Assembly: GCA_030604855.1 (NCBI GenBank)
Contig: JAUVVC010000001.1
Location: 60,001-92,000 of the forward strand
DNA length: 32,000 nucleotides
Direction: 5' to 3'
DNA from: Erysipelotrichaceae bacterium
GTDB taxonomy: Bacteria > Bacillota_I > Bacilli_A > Erysipelotrichales > Erysipelotrichaceae
The notes under the pieces are model-generated. The model did no database searches. It worked only from the letters and a program-made list of their open reading frames with translations, and had not been told where the DNA came from. Of this stretch, positions 26,980 through 32,000 are shown piece by piece. The stretch's first letter is position 1. Every line of letters begins with the position of its first letter. A program made the translations under genes and the position numbers.

Positions 26980-28506
26980 ATGGATCATCTAGAAAAATTA
27001 TTGATTGGTAAAGGCGAATCAGAACTCTTTTTACGTCTCAAAATGGCGAACCGACATGGTTTGATCGCAGGTGCGACTGGAACCGGGAAGACAATATCCC
27101 TCAAGGTTCTGGCGGAGCAGTTCAGTGAACAGGGTGTGCCGGTATTTTTAGCGGATGTGAAGGGGGATTTGGCTTCGGTAGCCCAAGCGGGTGTGATGAA
27201 TCCGAAGCTCAATGAGCGGATTCAGAAATTGGGTTTGGAGCCCTTTGATTTCAAGACCTATCCCGTTCGTTTATGGGATGTGTTTGGTGAGTTGGGGCAT
27301 CCCCTTCGTACGACAGTTTCGGAAATGGGACCTTTGCTTCTGGGACGTATCTTAGGTTTGAATGACACGCAAGAGGGAATACTCAATATCGTCTTTAGAG
27401 TCGCGGATGAACAAGGACTCTTGCTCATTGATTTGAAGGATCTCAGAGCGATGCTTCAACACGTGGGTGAGAACGCCAGTGCCTATACTTTGGAATATGG
27501 CAATGTGTCGAAAGTATCGGTGGGAGCGATTCAAAGAGCTTTATTGAAGTTGGAAGATCAAGGGGGGGAAGCTTTCTTTGCGGAACCTGCTTTTGATATC
27601 AATGACCTGATGAAGTTGGATACCGATGGCCATGGGATCATCAATGTCTTGGCGTCGGAGAAGTTGATGATGAATCCGACTTTGTATTCTACATTTTTAT
27701 TGTGGCTGTTGTCGGAGTTGTTTGAAGAACTTCCTGAAGTGGGTGATGTGGATAAACCGAAATTGGTGTTCTTCTTTGATGAAGCCCACTTGTTGTTTGC
27801 GGATGCGCCAAAAGCTCTGATGGATAAGATTGAGTTGGTCGTTCGTTTGATTCGATCCAAAGGAGTAGGTGTGTATTTTGTGACCCAGAATCCCATTGAT
27901 ATTCCGGATAAAGTCTTAGGCCAATTGGGCAATCGGATTCAACATGCGATTCGTGCGTACACACCGAAGGACCAAAAGGCAATCAATCCCATGGCGGATA
28001 CCTTCCGTCAGAATCCTGCCATCGATATTCCTTCTACCATCACCGATCTGAAGACCGGGGAAGCTTTGGTGTCGATGTTGGATGAAGAAGGACGACCGAC
28101 GGTTGTGGAACGTGCGATGATCGTACCGCCACACAGTCTGATTGGAACGCTAGATCCTTTGAAGCGTCGTGCTTTGATTGAGAATTCACCGTTCTACTAT
28201 AAATACAATGAAGTGGTGGATAAAGAGTCTGCCTATGAGATGTTGAAGTCGAAAGTTGAGCTTCAAGCCCAGCAGATCGCTGCGGAAAAGAATGCGGCTT
28301 TGTTGGAAAAAGAAAGACGTAGCCAAGAATTGGAAGAATTAAAACTTCAACGTGAACGTGCCCGTACCGAACGTGAAGTACAACGCGCCAAGGAGAAGAG
28401 TGCAAGTCAAGTGACCCGGATGGCGAAGTCGTTTTTGGGGACGATGAGCTCTTCGATTGGTCGTGAAATCGCACGCGGTGTGTTTGGTTCTTTATTGCGT
28501 CGATGA
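26980..28506 (+). CDS. DUF853 / HerA-like P-loop NTPase (YjgR-like) with a charged coiled-coil tail
   Basis: Walker A GATGTGKT in the context [35 protein letters not shown], and Walker [13 protein letters not shown]. The C-terminal ~90 aa are rich in E/K/R/Q. The start is set at MDHLEK after the GGAGGA RBS. Confidence 0.75.
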   Translation: MDHLEKLLIGKGESELFLRLKMANRHGLIAGATGTGKTISLKVLAEQFSEQGVPVFLADVKGDLASVAQAGVMNPKLNERIQKLGLEPFDFKTYPVRLWDVFGELGHPLRTTVSEMGPLLLGRILGLNDTQEGILNIVFRVADEQGLLLIDLKDLRAMLQHVGENASAYTLEYGNVSKVSVGAIQRALLKLEDQGGEAFFAEPAFDINDLMKLDTDGHGIINVLASEKLMMNPTLYSTFLLWLLSELFEELPEVGDVDKPKLVFFFDEAHLLFADAPKALMDKIELVVRLIRSKGVGVYFVTQNPIDIPDKVLGQLGNRIQHAIRAYTPKDQKAINPMADTFRQNPAIDIPSTITDLKTGEALVSMLDEEGRPTVVERAMIVPPHSLIGTLDPLKRRALIENSPFYYKYNEVVDKESAYEMLKSKVELQAQQIAAEKNAALLEKERRSQELEELKLQRERARTEREVQRAKEKSASQVTRMAKSFLGTMSSSIGREIARGVFGSLLRR

Positions 28507-28507
28507 C

Positions 28508-28536
28508 TTGCGTCGGTGTTGAAGAATTGCTATAAT
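28508..28536 (+). promoter_or_regulatory. promoter TTGCGT-N17-TGcTATAAT for the riboswitch/ATPase transcript
   Basis: The -35 is at 28508-28513 and the extended -10 TGCTATAAT at 28528-28536. Confidence 0.65.
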
Positions 28537-28542
28537 CAACTC

Positions 28543-28652
28543 TGTTAAAGGGAGTAGACCCCACTGGGAGATCGCTTCGTCAACACGATGAATCTTCATC
28601 CGGACGATCCTAAGTTCAAGACTTTAGCACTGTGCTAAAGTCTTTTATTTTT
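28543..28652 (+). promoter_or_regulatory. yybP-ykoY-type Mn2+ riboswitch (aptamer 28543-28629 plus terminator 28618-28652)
   Basis: The conserved cores AAAGGGAGTAG, CGTCAAC, CCGG and CAAGAC occur in the right order and helical context. CTTTAGCA can pair either with TGTTAAAG (P1) or with TGCTAAAG (terminator stem followed by TTTTATTTTT). Confidence 0.75.
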
Positions 28653-28672
28653 AGCCTAAAGGAGAAAACACA

Positions 28673-31270
28673 ATGGAAAATCAGAAACAGTGGTACCAAA
28701 AAAGCTTAAGTGAAAGCTTAAGTCAAGTGGATGCGCAAAACGGTTTAAGTGAGCAAGAAGTTCGAGCCAATCGCGAACAGTTTGGTGCGAACATCTTGGA
28801 AGAAGGCGAGAAACACAGTTTATTGAAACTCTTTCTTGCACAGTTTAGTAATTCGATGATCATCATCTTGATCATTGCGGCCGTTATCTCGTTCTTTTTA
28901 GATGAGCGTGCGGATGCCTTGATCATTTTGGCCATCGTCACTTTGAATGCGGTTTTAGGGGTGTTGCAGGAAGATAAAGCGGAAAGAGCTTTGGCGGCAC
29001 TCAAAGCCATGGCAGCCCCCATGAGCAAAGTCAGACGGGATGGTCAGGAAAAGGTCATTCCATCAGCGGACTTGGTTCAATTCGACATCTTGATTTTAGA
29101 TGCAGGAGACAAGGTGTCTGCGGATGTGCGTTTATTAAAAACGTCAAGTTGTCAGATTCAAGAATCCTCCTTAACGGGTGAATCGGTTCCCGTCGACAAA
29201 GATGCGGAATTGGAAATCAAAGGTGAGGTTCCATTAGGGGATCGTAAGAACATGGCGTATTCCTCCAGCAGTGTGACCTATGGGCGTGCCGTGGGGATGG
29301 TTGTAGGTGTTGGTATGAACACCGAAGTCGGTCGCATCGCGAGCCTTTTGACCTCGAATAAGAAAGAAATGACCCCCCTTGAGCATAAGTTGGATCAACT
29401 GGGTAAGATTTTAGGTGTTGCGGCCCTTATTTCGGTCACCATCATTTTTTTGATTGGTGTATACAATCAAAAACCATTGTTGGAGCTTTTCATGAGTTCC
29501 GTATCCTTAGCGGTTGCGGTCATTCCGGAGAGTCTGCCTGCGGTTGCGACGATCGTCATGGCGATGGGTGTTCAACGTTTGGCCAAGCGCAATGCGATCA
29601 TACGCAATCTGTCCAGTGTTGAGACCTTGGGTGGGGCTACGGTCATCTGTTCCGATAAGACGGGTACTTTGACTCAAAATAAGATGACGGTCACGAAGAC
29701 CTGGTTGTTGGATGAAGCCGATGAACGTGAACTCAAGAAGGGTGCGTATCTTTGTAACGATGCTCGTTTATCCGATGGTCAATGGGTGGGTGATCCTACG
29801 GAAACCGCCTTGTCTGAATGGGCGATTCAAGCGGGCTTGGATGTGGAAGACATCGCCCATCGTTACCCGCGTGTTGCGGAAGTTCCCTTTGATTCCGCAC
29901 GTAAACGGATGACGACGGTTCATCAAAAAGGTGAGCACATCATTGCGTACATCAAAGGTGGGGTGGATGAAGTCCTGGCGGGAGTCGATCAAATGCTCAT
30001 CCACAATGAAATTCGTAAGATCACAGATGAAGATAAGACTAAAATCTTGGATGCCAATCGCGCCATGGGTAAACAAGCCTTACGAGTCTTAGCGATCGCC
30101 AAGCGTAACTTGGATGAAGTGATCAAGGATGGAGATGTGGAAGTTGAACAGCACATGACCTTTGTGGGCTTGATCGGAATGATCGACCCACCGCGTGAAG
30201 AAGTCAAAATTGCGATTCAGGAATGTAAGGATGCAGGGATTGAAGTCGTCATGATCACCGGTGATCATCGTACGACCGCTGAAGCCATTGGCATGCAGAT
30301 TGGTTTGATGCAGGATGGCGATAAGGTCATCACGGGGCTTGAACTCGATCAGATGAGTGATGAAGCACTCTTTAAGGAAGTGCGTTCGATTGCGGTCTAC
30401 GCGCGGGTCTCACCAGAACATAAGATGCGCATCATTGATGCATGGAAGAAACATGGCGAAATCGTCGCAATGACGGGCGATGGGGTCAATGATGCCCCAG
30501 CCTTGAAGAAAGCGGACATCGGAGCTGCCATGGGCATCGTGGGGACGGAAGTCGCCAAAGGCGCCGCGGATATGATTTTAACGGATGATAATTTCGCAAC
30601 GGTCGTCAATGCGGTTGAAGAAGGTCGTCGCATCCGTGATAACATCACCAAGGCGATTTCTTATCTCTTGTCATGTAATGTGGGTGAACTGGTGGTCTTA
30701 TTGATTGCGAGTTTCATGAACTGGGCGACCCCTTTATTACCGATCCATATCTTGTGGATCAACTTGGTGACGGACAGCCTGCCTGCTTTGGCACTCGGTG
30801 TCGATCCGGCTGAAGAAGGCATCATGAAGCGCAAACCCAATCGTGAGACAAGTCTGCTCACAAAACCCATGTATTTCAGAATCGGATACCAAGGCATTCT
30901 GATTGGTGTCCTTACTTTGATTGCCTTCTTGTATGGTTATGGTGCTTTAGGTCAAAGTGGTTCTTTGGCTCAAGGCCAAACGATGGCCTTTACAGTTTTG
31001 GCGTTTAGTCAATTGGTTCATGCCTATAATATTCATTCATCCCATGGAACGGTGTTCAAAACCTTCTATGTGAATAAATGGTTGATTCTCGCAACGCTGG
31101 TAAATGCCTTGATGATGTTGGCAGTGTTGTTTGTTCCTGTACTGCGTGATTTGTTCAAACTGGTCACGATGGACAGTTCCCATTGGATGGTCGTTTTAGC
31201 CCTCATTTTCATTCCGATTCCAGTTGTGGAAGTGATGAAAGTCTTAAAATTGAACGGAAATCATGCTTAG
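28673..31270 (+). CDS. P2-type cation-transporting ATPase (Ca2+/Mn2+ efflux type)
   Basis: Phosphorylation site CSDKTGTLT, plus MITGDH, GDGVNDAPALKKADIG, TM4 IPESLPAV and TM6 NLVTDSLPA. Length 865 aa. AAAGGAG RBS. Confidence 0.92.
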   Translation: MENQKQWYQKSLSESLSQVDAQNGLSEQEVRANREQFGANILEEGEKHSLLKLFLAQFSNSMIIILIIAAVISFFLDERADALIILAIVTLNAVLGVLQEDKAERALAALKAMAAPMSKVRRDGQEKVIPSADLVQFDILILDAGDKVSADVRLLKTSSCQIQESSLTGESVPVDKDAELEIKGEVPLGDRKNMAYSSSSVTYGRAVGMVVGVGMNTEVGRIASLLTSNKKEMTPLEHKLDQLGKILGVAALISVTIIFLIGVYNQKPLLELFMSSVSLAVAVIPESLPAVATIVMAMGVQRLAKRNAIIRNLSSVETLGGATVICSDKTGTLTQNKMTVTKTWLLDEADERELKKGAYLCNDARLSDGQWVGDPTETALSEWAIQAGLDVEDIAHRYPRVAEVPFDSARKRMTTVHQKGEHIIAYIKGGVDEVLAGVDQMLIHNEIRKITDEDKTKILDANRAMGKQALRVLAIAKRNLDEVIKDGDVEVEQHMTFVGLIGMIDPPREEVKIAIQECKDAGIEVVMITGDHRTTAEAIGMQIGLMQDGDKVITGLELDQMSDEALFKEVRSIAVYARVSPEHKMRIIDAWKKHGEIVAMTGDGVNDAPALKKADIGAAMGIVGTEVAKGAADMILTDDNFATVVNAVEEGRRIRDNITKAISYLLSCNVGELVVLLIASFMNWATPLLPIHILWINLVTDSLPALALGVDPAEEGIMKRKPNRETSLLTKPMYFRIGYQGILIGVLTLIAFLYGYGALGQSGSLAQGQTMAFTVLAFSQLVHAYNIHSSHGTVFKTFYVNKWLILATLVNALMMLAVLFVPVLRDLFKLVTMDSSHWMVVLALIFIPIPVVEVMKVLKLNGNHA

Positions 31271-31276
31271 AGTGGG

Positions 31277-31303
31277 AGGATGTCGAAATTCGACATCCTT
31301 TTT
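31277..31303 (+). terminator. rho-independent terminator of the ATPase gene
   Basis: AGGATGTCG-aaatt-CGACATCCT is followed by TTTT. Confidence 0.8.
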
Positions 31304-31351
31304 CTGTTAGATGAAAATTTCTCCACAATTATTTTTCGTGGGTGCTAAGGG

Positions 31352-31380
31352 TTGTGGCATCGAAATGCATCTGTTATAAT
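31352..31380 (+). promoter_or_regulatory. promoter TTGTGG-N17-(TGt)TATAAT
   Basis: The -35 is at 31352-31357 and the -10 at 31375-31380, with an upstream TG. It lies about 75 nt before the LysM-protein ATG. Confidence 0.55.
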
Positions 31381-31455
31381 CACAACGAATAAAACGGATA
31401 GAGTGAATCCTGGCTTACGGGATGACAAGATCATAATGTTTAAGAAAGGATGCGC

Positions 31456-32000
31456 ATGCGTTTAAAGCGAAAAGTAAAAATCACCATCTATATCGTCTTG
31501 ACCCTGATCTTCGGATGGGTCTTGACGGTTTCAGGCATCTCGGCCATGAAACATCTCAATCGTTTGGATGCGATTGAATTCAGAGTCAATGGGGAGACAC
31601 GTTTTACCCTACCTGCAGATCAAGCAGAAGAATTGGATCTGTTGCTTAGAAAATATAAATTAAACTATTTGTCCAAGTCGAGCATCGCTGCAGAGGCTAA
31701 AATACTTGAAGTGGATTTCCAACAAGACATCGAAGTGATTCCGATTAAAGTCGATGAGGAATTTGTTTTCCAGAGTGTGGAAGACATCGCATTGGATATG
31801 GAACGCAATGAAGAAGAAGCGGTTTGGTATACGGTTGTAAAAGGGGATAGTCTTTGGCAGATCGCTGTGGATCATGAAGATGTGAACATGAAGACGATCG
31901 CGGACTACAATCCCACGATCGATATTACCACAGGGAAAATCTGGCCAGGCGATCAGATTCTCTTCAAACCTGCGAATCCCTTATATGATGTGGAAGTGCA
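31456..32000 (+). CDS. membrane-anchored LysM domain protein (3'-truncated by window edge; probably a cell-wall hydrolase/M23-type)
   Basis: This ORF is absent from the track because it runs off the window. My own translation from ATG 31450/31456 has no stop up to base 32000. It shows an N-terminal signal anchor (KITIYIVLTLIFGWVLTVSGI) and a LysM motif (YTVVKGDSLWQIAVDH...ADYNP...IWPGDQILF). Confidence 0.65.
   Translation, partial: MRLKRKVKITIYIVLTLIFGWVLTVSGISAMKHLNRLDAIEFRVNGETRFTLPADQAEELDLLLRKYKLNYLSKSSIAAEAKILEVDFQQDIEVIPIKVDEEFVFQSVEDIALDMERNEEEAVWYTVVKGDSLWQIAVDHEDVNMKTIADYNPTIDITTGKIWPGDQILFKPANPLYDVEV

Noticed and set aside
28040-28564. 174-aa ORF antisense to the DUF853 gene, running into the riboswitch promoter
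   Set aside because: Its low-complexity, Ser/Pro/His-rich translation is typical of a non-coding frame. The opposite strand carries Walker motifs and a clear RBS.
31381-31455. ~75-nt leader of the LysM-protein gene as a possible c-di-AMP (ydaO) or other riboswitch
   Set aside because: It is too short for ydaO. Only a weak hairpin (GGAT..ATCC) is present, and I recognise no conserved motif.

Overview
This 32-kb window looks like ordinary chromosomal DNA from a low-GC Gram-positive (Firmicutes-like) organism. The evidence is GGAGG-type ribosome-binding sites, lipoprotein signal peptides ending in Cys, and TGnTATAAT extended -10 promoters. I could not find any rRNA, tRNA, CRISPR array, transposase, integrase or phage gene. 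I call 32 CDS, two of them cut by the window edges.

Gene order:
- Aspartate kinase (5'-partial).
- A LacI-controlled sugar locus (probably sucrose): ABC binding protein, two permeases, PfkB fructokinase and a GH13 amylosucrase-like enzyme.
- A tightly overlapping ppx-ppk1-orf87-DUF1294 polyphosphate operon.
- A MerR regulator with a 19-bp-spacer promoter, convergent on an alpha/beta hydrolase.
- A beta-hydroxyacid dehydrogenase-family oxidoreductase.
- An Opu-type compatible-solute ABC transporter.
- Sua5/TsaC.
- A GH1 6-phospho-beta-glucosidase.
- A YpfJ-type zinc metallopeptidase.
- A small, possibly leaderless hypothetical gene.
- An MBL-fold hydrolase.
- A zinc-ribbon membrane protein.
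- A compact operon of a metallophosphoesterase, two tandem nucleoside hydrolases and a PhnB/VOC-like protein.
- MntP.
- A DUF853/HerA-like P-loop ATPase.
- A yybP-ykoY-type Mn2+ riboswitch driving a P2-type Ca2+/Mn2+ ATPase.
- The start of a LysM-domain protein.

I do not see a clear-cut new system. The items most worth a second look are:
1. The riboswitch and Mn-efflux neighbourhood, where an uncharacterised ATPase sits between two Mn exporters.
2. The phosphoesterase/nucleoside-hydrolase operon, in which both hydrolases lack the canonical catalytic His.
3. The two unknown small genes translationally coupled to ppk1.

All calls come from reading the sequence and translations by eye. No database search was run.
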